From: Candidatus Bathyarchaeia archaeon
Lineage (GTDB): Archaea > Thermoproteota > Bathyarchaeia > 40CM-2-53-6
Reading direction: 5' to 3'
Length of the DNA stretch: 20,247 nucleotides
Assembly: GCA_049513715.1 (NCBI GenBank)
Contig: JBEKVV010000010.1
Coordinates: 1 to 20,247, forward strand
Part shown: in pieces, positions 7,869 to 16,367 of the stretch
Numbering within the stretch: the first letter of the stretch is position 1
Layout of the letters: each line of letters begins with the position of its first letter
Position numbers and translations under genes: made by a program
Notes under the pieces: generated by a model
Databases searched by the model: none
The model's input: the letters and a program-made list of their open reading frames with translations, nothing else
What the model was told of the DNA's origin: nothing

Positions 7869-8648
7869 TCAGGGTTGTTGTGAGCCGCAACTGCCGCAGA
7901 ACCCTGCGCCTTTGGGGAGTTTCGTTCCGCAGTTCATACAGAAATGAGCGTTCGGTGTGAGTGTGGTGGGAGCCGTTTGGGTTGGCGTTAGGCTGTTTGT
8001 TGAACTTCTACTCCGCAACAGTAGGAACAGGGTAGCTAGGAAAAGCGCTATGAAGACCAGCATTAGTGAGCCAAACAAAGTTTCTGTAGTTGTGTCGGAT
8101 GTGGTTGTTGTGCTGGTCAAGATGCCGGTTATGATGACAGGAGCGGGGGTTGTCGTTTGGGTTGTATAACCCGTCGCTGTTAGGAGTGAATATGCCGTGG
8201 CGGTTGTGGTTGTTAGTTGTTGGTAGCCGTTGCTTGGATAGCAGTTTGGATAGTTGGGTTGGTTTGGGTAGCATGGGGTTGGGGGCTGATTGTAACAGCC
8301 ATAGTAGTCGCAATTCGAATAGCATCCGTAGTAACCACAGTTCGAGTTACAGCCATAGTAGTCACAATACGAAGTCGGATATGAGTGTGTACGCCTACTC
8401 CAAGTCGTACTCCAAGTTCTACTCCAAGTCCACGAACTCGATCTATGCGAATGCGTGTAACTAGGATCTTGAGCTGTATACGAAGAACTGGGATTCCACG
8501 ACGAATGCCGTGAATGTGAATACGAAGAACTCTGCGCGGATGCCGCTGTGTCTAGCACTGTACTTGCTGGAGAGAGCGGCATTAACGCGAGAAAACTAAC
8601 TGCCAAGAGCAGCCCAGAAATCGAAGCTTTCTGGTGGGCAAGGTTCAC
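7869..8648 (-). CDS. Single-pass membrane protein with low-complexity Cys/Tyr/Trp-repeat ectodomain and C-terminal zinc ribbon
   Basis: Signal peptide; Ser/His/Trp-rich segment; 3x CxYYGC; Thr-rich stalk; TM helix + RSR; C-terminal FCMNCG...FCGSCG. Confidence 0.8.
   Translation of the reverse strand: MNLAHQKASISGLLLAVSFLALMPLSPASTVLDTAASAQSSSYSHSRHSSWNPSSSYTAQDPSYTHSHRSSSWTWSRTWSTTWSRRTHSYPTSYCDYYGCNSNCGYYGCYSNCDYYGCYNQPPTPCYPNQPNYPNCYPSNGYQQLTTTTATAYSLLTATGYTTQTTTPAPVIITGILTSTTTTSDTTTETLFGSLMLVFIALFLATLFLLLRSRSSTNSLTPTQTAPTTLTPNAHFCMNCGTKLPKGAGFCGSCGSQQP
8295..8366 (-). repeat. 27-bp intragenic tandem repeat encoding CxYYGC(N/Y)SN
   Basis: Units start at 8295, 8322 and 8349 on the + strand; protein CDYYGCNSN-CGYYGCYSN-CDYYGC. 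Confidence 0.8.
8396..8431 (-). repeat. 12-bp intragenic tandem repeat x3 encoding TWS(R/T)
   Basis: TACTCCAAGTCG TACTCCAAGTTC TACTCCAAGTCC on the + strand. Confidence 0.8.
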
Positions 8649-8900
8649 GTGGCCTCATCTCAGATAAACTACGGCTTGTAGTTACCTATAATCTGGATGG
8701 ATGAACATCCACCTGTGGAAAACATGGATAACTTGAACCCAAATCATGATCTATGGTCAAGAAGAAATCAACCGACGCTTTCTACGAACGCATCAGCAAT
8801 TGGCCCCTCGTCATCAATGTGACATTTCCCGAATCCTGGCCCTCTTCAAAGCCCATGCCCTCCTCCTGATGCTTGGGCACACATGAAATTCAGGTTTCTT

Positions 8901-9494
8901 TCAGGATAAGGTGCTTAAGACCTGTTCAGTAGTCCTGAGTAGCCCGATTCTTGGAAAGATGAATTTGAGAGTTACTTCGTGCTCATCTTTGCTGCTGGCG
9001 GTCATCGCATCGGTAACAAACACTTGGTTATACCCGTACTGATATGCTTCTCTTGCCGTCGTTTCTACGCCTATGTTTGTTGAAACTCCACACAGAACTA
9101 TTGTGTCTATGCTTCTCCTCCTGAGCTGCAAATCGAGCTCAGTTCCGTAAAATGCGCCCCATTGCCTCTTGGTTATCACTATGTCCTTCTCTGTGGGCCT
9201 TATTTCTTCCACAAATTCAGCCCAGTCCGCGGGCCTCTGGCTCGAACTCCATTGAAGCTGTTGATTCGTGATGGGGTGCAGCATGTCCTTTCCATTGATA
9301 CTCGTCACATGAACCAGAAAGACCGGCATTCCAAGCTCTCTGAATCTTCTAACGAGCTTTGAGACGTTTACGATGACCTGACTGCCGGTATAAGGCTCAA
9401 GCTTTCTACCTATCGCGGCTATGCCTTTCTGAATGTCTATCACTACCAACGCTGCCTTTTTTAAATCGAGTTTCAATTCGGTCATATCGATCAT
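8901..9494 (-). CDS. Isochorismatase-family cysteine hydrolase (YecD-like)
   Basis: ALVVIDIQKG, KRQWGAFYGTELDLQLRRR, GVSTNIGVETTAREA. Confidence 0.92.
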   Translation of the reverse strand: MIDMTELKLDLKKAALVVIDIQKGIAAIGRKLEPYTGSQVIVNVSKLVRRFRELGMPVFLVHVTSINGKDMLHPITNQQLQWSSSQRPADWAEFVEEIRPTEKDIVITKRQWGAFYGTELDLQLRRRSIDTIVLCGVSTNIGVETTAREAYQYGYNQVFVTDAMTASSKDEHEVTLKFIFPRIGLLRTTEQVLSTLS

Positions 9495-9771
9495 CGTTAA
9501 CAGCGAAGTGGCATCTGCTTACGCTAAATAACAACTCTGGGGTAGAGCATAAGAAAAACTGTGGATGTTACAGAATAAAAAATGACCGAATAATATTAGT
9601 GAGGGTGAACGGGAGGATGAAATTAACTTGACAGTACCTTCGCGGCCGCTCCCAAGACCTTCTTGACCACTTCGATGTACTCCAGACGCGGCTGCATACC
9701 CGTACCCAAGCAGAAACCCAGTTTGTGCAATATCGCCACACTCAAGTTGGATGGGAAACTTTCTTGCTGTT

Positions 9772-10860
9772 TCATGGTTCGCGATGTTGTGCCATACGCG
9801 AATAAAGGCCCCCGTACAATCTATCTTTACCTACAGGATTTGCTAAGAAGGCGTGAGGAAATCCTAGGTCAATTTTGCTTGCTTCATCAAGTCGGCGAAG
9901 GTGCTCCTCCGGAATCGTTACGTCGAGGCAACTCAAGTTGTCACGTATCTGATCCAATCGGCGAGCTCCGAGTATTGGAATAATCGAACCCGGGCGCGTA
10001 CGCAGCCAGGCTAGCGCGACTTGGGATGGGCTGGAGCCAATCTGCTTGGCAACTTCTGCTACTACACGTGCTATTGCGAGATTTCGATCGTTCGCTTTCT
10101 GGCTATTGGCTGCATCTAGCCGCCTCTCAACGTGCCCTCCACTCGTCCCACCGTTTTTCGTGGCAGGTGGGGCATTGTTATACTTTCCAGTGAGCACGCC
10201 TGCTCCGAGCACCCCCCAGGGAGTCACAGTCATTCCCAGGCTACGAGCCATAGGCAGAAGATCTCGTTCGGGGGTACGTTCAATCAGACTATACTCGATT
10301 TGAAGCGCTACGAAAAGTGACCATCCGCGTAACTCGGCCAACATGTTAGCTCGACTCACAATCCATGCGGGAGTATCCGAAACACCAACGTAGAGTACTT
10401 TCCCTGACCGCACTAGATCGTCAAGCGCCCGCATGACCTCCTCAATCGGCGTCGAGAAATCCCAAGCATGCAACCAGAAAAGATCAACGTAATCCGTCCC
10501 AAGCCGCTTCAGACTTCCCTCCAGCGAACGAATCATGCTTTTGCGGTGGTTACCACCACTGTTTGGGTCACCTCTTACTGTGGGGAAGGAGTATTTTGTA
10601 GCAAGGACGAACTTGTCGCGGTCAGAACTTATCAAGCCGCCAACGATTCGCTCGCTAGTGCCATTAGTGTAACCGTTGGCTGTATCGATGAAGTTACCAC
10701 CGCGTTCCACATACGAGTTGAAGATCACTCGGCATTCTTCCTTCGAAGCACCCCAACCCCAATCCTCACCAAACGTCATGGTACCGAGGCATAATTCAGA
10801 AACACGAAGTCCACTTTGACCAAGGAAATGAAACTTCATAGTATCGGACATGCCCTTCAC
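9772..10860 (-). CDS. Aldo/keto reductase
   Basis: GLRVSELCLGTMTFG, GGNFIDTANGY, LATKY, SLKRLGTDYVDLFWLH, IPILGAR. The true start may be the ATG at 10851 or 10839. Confidence 0.95.
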   Translation of the reverse strand: MKGMSDTMKFHFLGQSGLRVSELCLGTMTFGEDWGWGASKEECRVIFNSYVERGGNFIDTANGYTNGTSERIVGGLISSDRDKFVLATKYSFPTVRGDPNSGGNHRKSMIRSLEGSLKRLGTDYVDLFWLHAWDFSTPIEEVMRALDDLVRSGKVLYVGVSDTPAWIVSRANMLAELRGWSLFVALQIEYSLIERTPERDLLPMARSLGMTVTPWGVLGAGVLTGKYNNAPPATKNGGTSGGHVERRLDAANSQKANDRNLAIARVVAEVAKQIGSSPSQVALAWLRTRPGSIIPILGARRLDQIRDNLSCLDVTIPEEHLRRLDEASKIDLGFPHAFLANPVGKDRLYGGLYSRMAQHREP

Positions 10861-11042
10861 TTGGAAAGTCGCTAAGGCTGAAATCAGGTTTGGTATAAGA
10901 AGCTGTTGAGTTAGCTCGATGGACTAGCAAAAGAAAGAATTGCAGTTGGGGAAAACTGCGAGACTCTCGTCTGTTCTAAGTTCACTTACGGTCTCAACGG
11001 TTTTTCGCATTACACAACGACGATGTCACCAACGATGTGAGA

Positions 11043-11249
11043 TTACTGTTCGCGTTTGATTTCTTGGATTCTGCCGTATGCTTTTCGGTTGAACCGTGTA
11101 CATCTCTTAACAGCATAGGTTGGGCCAGAATAGAACCCAAACCAGCCGGTAAGAGCCACGTCAAGGGTAGTATTAATCTCTTCAATATAGTCCGGGCATC
11201 CCTTGCATTCATCAGGGAAATCCTTACAGCATGATACGAGTTTACTCAT
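11043..11249 (-). CDS. Small Cys-rich hypothetical protein (68 aa)
   Basis: ATG preceded by an SD-like GGAGGG about 7 nt upstream; CC-x6-CxxC plus a distal Cys; occupies an otherwise empty gap. Confidence 0.6.
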   Translation of the reverse strand: MSKLVSCCKDFPDECKGCPDYIEEINTTLDVALTGWFGFYSGPTYAVKRCTRFNRKAYGRIQEIKREQ

Positions 11250-11516
11250 AACTCAACCCTCCACAAAGTCTCGAGCATTCTCCATAGCGTCGGCTAACGT
11301 ACATGTTCGGTAGGTTCCGAGAGTTGAACTTTTCCCAAGTACTATAATTATCGCTGGAAATCCTAGAAACGACTCCTGTCCAAGGAGTTATCGCGATTAT
11401 TGCTGTAGCTCATACTGGTGTTGCGGGATGCTACAGCAAGATATTTGAGACTGTGAGATTTGCTCAATCTTAATCGGTTATCAACGTTAACCATCTCAAC
11501 TTTGTCGGAATTCAGA

Positions 11517-12668
11517 TCACAATGCGCGCCGAAACGCGATTATGGCCAATACCACCATCACCCCAGTGAAGGCTGCTATGAAAATGAAATCACCTGCAAC
11601 CGCTTGAAATCCAGCCCCCTTGTACATCAACAGCCGTAGCGCATGGACAGCGTAGGTTTCCGGATTGATTACTGAGATTTCCTTCATCCACATCGGCATT
11701 CCATCCAGCGGATATATCGCGCCGCTCGTGTAGTACAGAGTCAAATTGATTGGAAAACATGTAACCCTGTACAGATCGGCAGACGTAGATCTAACAGCGT
11801 ATGCAGTCATCATCGCGATGAGGCCCAGTGATGTCAGAAATAGGGTGAACATCGTGAGCACTATTCCTAACAGGTTTGGGCTTGGGAATATGCTCATGGG
11901 GCGAATGCCGGTCAGTACGATGGCTAATACGAACAATGCTATCGACGCGAAGAGGGCTTTGATGACACCTGAAAGCAGAACTCCGATGACGATTTCATGT
12001 TTCTTTAAAGGGGTAACTAAGTATCCCTCGATTATTCCCCTCTCTTTATCGACTACGAGTTGTACGCCGCCCGCGATGATTGAGACGAACATGATTGATT
12101 GAACAAATGTTCCCGGTGCCATGAATTCAATGTACAAGACATTTCTATATGCGTACTCCAAATCAATGGTCACGTTCGAGCTGTCTTGGGCTGATGTCTG
12201 GATTAGGGGTGATAGCTGCTGGCCTGCCTGCGCAATTTCGGATCCAATAGCGGCAGTACTCAGAGGATCAGTATTATCCAACGTCACCGTGACGAAGACT
12301 TTTGAGTTTTTAGCTAATGAATCGTCAAATCCCAAGGGAATATGCGCGATCGCCTTAACCACGCCATCGTGGAGCATTTGCTGCGCCGTATCCAAATCGG
12401 GAACGTCCATCAGCTGAAACGAATTCTGACAATTTATTCCACCGAGCTCACAGCTCTGCTCATTCCGTAAAACATCAATAAAATTTGATGAATAAGGCCC
12501 ATAACTTTCTCGAACCACCGCGATTGGCGCAAGCGTTATTGCTCCTCCAAACGCGCTCCCGAGTAAGACCAGAGTTAGTAATGGTCCAACAATGGTTGAC
12601 ATCATAAGTATTGGTTGTCTCAAGAATTTGAGGACGTCACGTAAACATATGGCTAAGCTGCCTTTCAT
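11517..12668 (-). CDS. ABC-2 type exporter permease
   Basis: N-terminal TM, extracellular domain, YIEFMAPG, DKERGIIEGYLVTP, SGAIYPL..MP.W, NPETYAV. Confidence 0.92.
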   Translation of the reverse strand: MKGSLAICLRDVLKFLRQPILMMSTIVGPLLTLVLLGSAFGGAITLAPIAVVRESYGPYSSNFIDVLRNEQSCELGGINCQNSFQLMDVPDLDTAQQMLHDGVVKAIAHIPLGFDDSLAKNSKVFVTVTLDNTDPLSTAAIGSEIAQAGQQLSPLIQTSAQDSSNVTIDLEYAYRNVLYIEFMAPGTFVQSIMFVSIIAGGVQLVVDKERGIIEGYLVTPLKKHEIVIGVLLSGVIKALFASIALFVLAIVLTGIRPMSIFPSPNLLGIVLTMFTLFLTSLGLIAMMTAYAVRSTSADLYRVTCFPINLTLYYTSGAIYPLDGMPMWMKEISVINPETYAVHALRLLMYKGAGFQAVAGDFIFIAAFTGVMVVLAIIAFRRAL

Positions 12669-13603
12669 TCCCGCAGACTCCGCCCTGTAAAATTCAGGAA
12701 TACATCATCCAATGTAAGTTCACGAAGAGTTATCGTGCGAAGCTTTCCCCCATTCGAGTCAACGAGTCCAACTATCTTTGGAACTGCTTCCGCGCCATTC
12801 TTCACTAGAATCGTTAAGCCGCCGTTTCGCCTTTTGATTTCCAGAACGAAATCGGCCCTCTCAAGAGCTTTGAGAGCGGTATCGGGAAGGGTTGAGAAGT
12901 CGGCTTCAACTATGTCACCGCCAGTAACCCTTCGCTTAAGCTCCATTGGAGATCCTAAGGCGACGATTTTGCCGCGGTCTACGATTGCGAGTCTGTCGCA
13001 GAGATTTTCCGCTTCGTCTAGGTAATGCGTCGTGATTACGAGCGTGATGCCGTGGTCTTCATGTATTCTCTTAACGTAATCCAACACGGCAGCACGAGCT
13101 TGCGGATCCAAGCCTGTGGTAGGTTCATCAAGGAATAGGACTTGAGGTTCGTGAATTAGAGCTCTCACTATTTCCAGGCGTCGTTTCATTCCGCCTGAAT
13201 AACCTGCTACAGGGATCTTGGCTCGGTCAGCTAACCCTACCACTTTGAGGAGTTCGGGTATCCGCTCTTGGCGTTGTTTGCGAGACATCCCATAATACAT
13301 CCCGTAAAGGTTCATGTTTTGCGTTGCCGACAATTCAATGTCCAACGTTGACGCCTGTGTGACAACTCCTATTCGCTCACGCACCTTGTTTGCTTCCCGC
13401 ACAATATCAGCTCCCGCGACGGAAGCTGTACCTTCTGTAGGCGACAGGACAGTTACCAACATACGTTGAAGAGTTGTCTTACCGGCACCGTTTGGCCCTA
13501 TGAGTCCGAACACTTCATGCTTGATTTCAAGATTCAAATGATCGACTGCTGTAAAGTCGCCGAATTTTCTCGTAATGCCAAAAGTCTGGACAGCTAGATC
13601 CAT
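12665..13603 (-). CDS. ABC exporter ATP-binding subunit (DrrA-like)
   Basis: Walker A GPNGAGKT, signature YSGGMKRRL, Walker B LFLDEPTTGLDP, TTHYLDEA, C-terminal TLDDVFL..TG; ATGA overlap with the permease. Start placed at MDLAVQT. Confidence 0.95.
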   Translation of the reverse strand: MDLAVQTFGITRKFGDFTAVDHLNLEIKHEVFGLIGPNGAGKTTLQRMLVTVLSPTEGTASVAGADIVREANKVRERIGVVTQASTLDIELSATQNMNLYGMYYGMSRKQRQERIPELLKVVGLADRAKIPVAGYSGGMKRRLEIVRALIHEPQVLFLDEPTTGLDPQARAAVLDYVKRIHEDHGITLVITTHYLDEAENLCDRLAIVDRGKIVALGSPMELKRRVTGGDIVEADFSTLPDTALKALERADFVLEIKRRNGGLTILVKNGAEAVPKIVGLVDSNGGKLRTITLRELTLDDVFLNFTGRSLRE

Positions 13604-13924
13604 TGGGAGTCGCCATCCGGACTGTTTTCGAGTTCCACGGGCTTTTCCTGTAAGGTTCCTTTCGTAAATCACTCAGCTTTGATGCTTCGACGCTTACTGC
13701 CTACGAATCTTGCGCAAGGAGGGAGCCGTTCTTAATGATTATGCTCTATTCTTCGTTTGTCTATTGTCTACTTGTCTACCTCTATGCCACTGGAGCAATA
13801 ACAAGCGACATCGTCGCTCCATTTACTAAACTTCGAAAGTACTTGAATGGACTGGGCTTCAACATGTTTACAATCGGTGACGAGCTGGAGATACGGTGGG
13901 GACAAAAAGAATCGTTCCACACAT

Positions 13925-14170
13925 TAGATTTCCAATAAGATTCAAGGTAAGTGGCTATTCCTATGCCGGGCGAGTAATCAGGAAAAAATATGTGTTAGGA
14001 AATCTCGTGTGGCGTCTCTATACTTTGACTGACTGACGGCTCCTGCACATTTTGCAAGCTAAAGAAGAGCAATCGACGCTGAGCGAGATTTACCGTGGTT
14101 GCAGTGAAGGAGCACCTTGCGTTTTGCAATGTGAGCTTTGATGAAATCGAGTCCTTGGTGAATAAGACCG
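13925..14170 (-). pseudogene. Dual-specificity protein phosphatase remnant
   Basis: CX5R motif VLLHCNHGKSRSASIALL (HC..RS at 14080-14106), then an in-frame TAG (14059-14061), then LAKCAGAV..; apparent frameshift near 13983-13995 into FPDYSPGIGIATYLESYW. N-terminus missing. Boundaries approximate. Confidence 0.7.
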
Positions 14171-14186
14171 CCTTGAAGAGTGGTTG

Positions 14187-14330
14187 GTTGAAGGGCAAGG
14201 CAAGGTTCGTTATGAGAACCGTGAGGAGAGAATCGAACCCGGGGACGCCATTTTGATCCCGCCCGGCGAGAAGCATCAATTTCGAGCAGGTTCAGAGGCC
14301 CTAAAGTTCCTTTGCCTAGTACCAAAATGA
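14187..14330 (+). pseudogene. Cupin domain C-terminal fragment
   Basis: VEGQGKVRYENREERIEPGDAILIPPGEKHQFRAGSEALKFLCLVPK* carries cupin motif 2; in-frame TAA at 14163-14165 upstream and motif 1 is absent. Confidence 0.75.
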
Positions 14331-14376
14331 ACTAGCCTAGGCACGACAAGCCGCATCGTTCTTGTAGGGAGTTTTG

Positions 14377-14421
14377 TATGTACCGGTAAATTGGGGCCAA
14401 AATCCCCTAACCCATCTCTGA
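14377..14421 (+). repeat. Repeat A copy 3
   Basis: TATGTACCGGTAAATTGGGGCCAAAATCCCCTAACCCATCTCTGA. Confidence 0.95.
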
Positions 14422-14463
14422 GAGATTCTTCTCTCCCAAAGCAAACAGCAACGGTTCATTTGA

Positions 14464-15171
14464 TCAAATGTATAGGTATGTGATGTTCACGGTTGCAGTT
14501 ACCTGTTGTGGGCCTGAATTTATTGGAGTAGGCGGCTTGGTTTCAGTTGTTCCTCCGTAGCTAATTGGCTGTGGCATGATACCGTAGCCGTAGTTCGTGG
14601 AAACAGACGCGACACCGACGATGACTCCGCCGAGCGCACCAACTATTCCTGATGCTTGTGAGTAAGCGTCTTGGACTGCCTTATGATACGCTTGCATTTG
14701 CAGAGTACTGTAGTTCGTATCATTGAACGTGAAGGAGATTCCGTCTATCTGATTCACCCCGGCTTTTACCACGGCGTCGATAGTCTTGCCGACATTCGGC
14801 AGATTCTCAGTTCCACTCACCAAGATTTCCACAGAGTTGACGGCGACGTATCCCACGACTTTGCTGTAATTATATGAATCATACGCGGGCGAGAGTGAGT
14901 ATCCCGTTGTCTTGACATCACTCTTGTTCACGCCCAGGGCAGACAATGAGGCGAACACGTTAGTCATTATCGCCCCATTCTGCGCCGCTGCGTTCGCTGC
15001 TGATTGATTTTGGGTTCGAACTGAAAATAGCAAGTGCGCCTCGTCGGGGTACGCTGTTACTGTTCCCGTTCCAGTGACATTGACTCTTGGTATGACGACG
15101 AAGTACAGTAGGGACGCCAAAACAACTAAGCCAACCAAACCTATCGCGACTGTACGCTTCTTCATTTGCAT
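14464..15171 (-). CDS. SIMPL domain (DUF541/YggE-like) membrane-anchored protein
   Basis: N-terminal TM anchor, VNVTGTGTV.A.PD.A, TTGYSLSP.Y, GY.A.NSV, AGVNQIDGISF, GPQQVTATVNITY. Start placed at ATG 15171 (or 15165). Confidence 0.9.
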   Translation of the reverse strand: MQMKKRTVAIGLVGLVVLASLLYFVVIPRVNVTGTGTVTAYPDEAHLLFSVRTQNQSAANAAAQNGAIMTNVFASLSALGVNKSDVKTTGYSLSPAYDSYNYSKVVGYVAVNSVEILVSGTENLPNVGKTIDAVVKAGVNQIDGISFTFNDTNYSTLQMQAYHKAVQDAYSQASGIVGALGGVIVGVASVSTNYGYGIMPQPISYGGTTETKPPTPINSGPQQVTATVNITYLYI

Positions 15172-15304
15172 CTTCAATCGCTCTGGATCATAGCTGAGGC
15201 AGGCTAATAGTCTAGACAATAGAACACAACCCCGCCGCTGTTCTATTTCGTGAACTAACGCCCCGTTCCCTTTTTCACATAGCAACTAAGACGATCAATT
15301 CTGA

Positions 15305-15359
15305 GATTCGTGTGTGTGCACACCAACTAGCGCACCAGTGCGGCAACGGAAATTGAACG
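15305..15359 (-). repeat. Repeat B copy 4
   Basis: Reverse complement CGTTCAATTTCCGTTGCCGCACTGGTGCGCTAGTTGGTGTGCACACACACGAATC resembles 20012-20052 and 1162-1181. Confidence 0.65.
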
Positions 15360-15506
15360 TGCAGGAAGTTACCGGAATAACTTACGTTTGCTTAATCAAG
15401 GTCGGCGCATTCTTGAATTGCGCGTTGCTTGCCTACATCGTTGGAATGTCAGAAGATGCCTAAACCTGGTTTACAAAGGCACAAGGATTGATGGAAGCCG
15501 AGAAGA

Positions 15507-16367
15507 ATGAGACCCCATCATCCAACTTCATTTGGTGCGAGGCTGTTGACGCCGCGGCAGAAACTGCAGTTTGCGCGGGCCTCGTTCATGAAGAAGATTG
15601 GGGGATTACGATTTGATCCAGCAGATTTTGAGATCGTTCATATGTCTGTCTCTCTTCGAGGGCTTGAGAAGGTCTTCAACGAGCTTCGGGTCGTGCATAT
15701 CAGTGATCTTCACCTTGGTCAGTGGATGTCGCCGGAGCGTTTGGCAGGTGTTGTCGGTCTCGTCAACGAGCAGTCTCCTGATATTGTGGCGATTACGGGA
15801 GACTTCGTTTCGTTTGCCGTTGACCAAGTCGCTGCCGACTTAGTAAACTCACTCTCTCAGTTATGTCCCAAAATCGTCACTTTTGCAGTGTTGGGAAATC
15901 ATGATCACTGGATGGGGGCGGAGAAGGTTCGTCGCATTCTGCGTGAGAGTAACATCATCGACCTAAGCAACGACGTTTACACGCTGCGCAGAGAAAAAGC
16001 CGCACTGCACTTTGCGGGTATCGATGATGTCATGGCCCAGGAGCATGACCTTGATCGGGTTTTGAAGAAGTTGCCATCTTCAGGCCCGGCGGTGCTGCTT
16101 GTCCACGAACCCGATTTTGCTGATGTAGCTGCGGCGACGGGTCGTTTCGTGCTGCAACTCTCCGGGCACTCGCACGGCGGCCAATTTGTGCTGCCAAAGA
16201 TTGGAACTCCCTTTCGCGGTCCTCACTTCAAGAAGTATCCTCTGGGGAGATATCAGGTGGAGGATATGGTTGTGTATACGAACCGTGGGCTTGGAACGAA
16301 CACCTTTTGGCTCCGGATTAACTGCCCTCCAGAGATCACAGTTCTGACGCTTCAGGCGGCACACTAG
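15507..16367 (+). CDS. Calcineurin-like metallophosphoesterase (YkuE/YaeI-like)
   Basis: All metal-binding motifs are present: SDLH, TGDF, GNHD, HEPD, SGHSHGGQ. Confidence 0.93.
   Translation: MRPHHPTSFGARLLTPRQKLQFARASFMKKIGGLRFDPADFEIVHMSVSLRGLEKVFNELRVVHISDLHLGQWMSPERLAGVVGLVNEQSPDIVAITGDFVSFAVDQVAADLVNSLSQLCPKIVTFAVLGNHDHWMGAEKVRRILRESNIIDLSNDVYTLRREKAALHFAGIDDVMAQEHDLDRVLKKLPSSGPAVLLVHEPDFADVAAATGRFVLQLSGHSHGGQFVLPKIGTPFRGPHFKKYPLGRYQVEDMVVYTNRGLGTNTFWLRINCPPEITVLTLQAAH

Noticed and set aside
8735..8890. Short + strand frame MVKKKSTDAFYE resembling the isochorismatase K...dAF motif
   Set aside because: Only about 12 residues of similarity and no other family motifs; cannot be separated from chance.
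13735..13938. 67-aa + strand ORF with a hydrophobic N-terminus
   Set aside because: No recognisable motif, and it overlaps the decayed phosphatase tail; insufficient support.
13995..14325. ORFs 13995-14279 and 14059-14325 as intact genes
   Set aside because: They are mostly antisense to the cupin fragment; only the 3' part of 14059-14325 is genuine phosphatase remnant.
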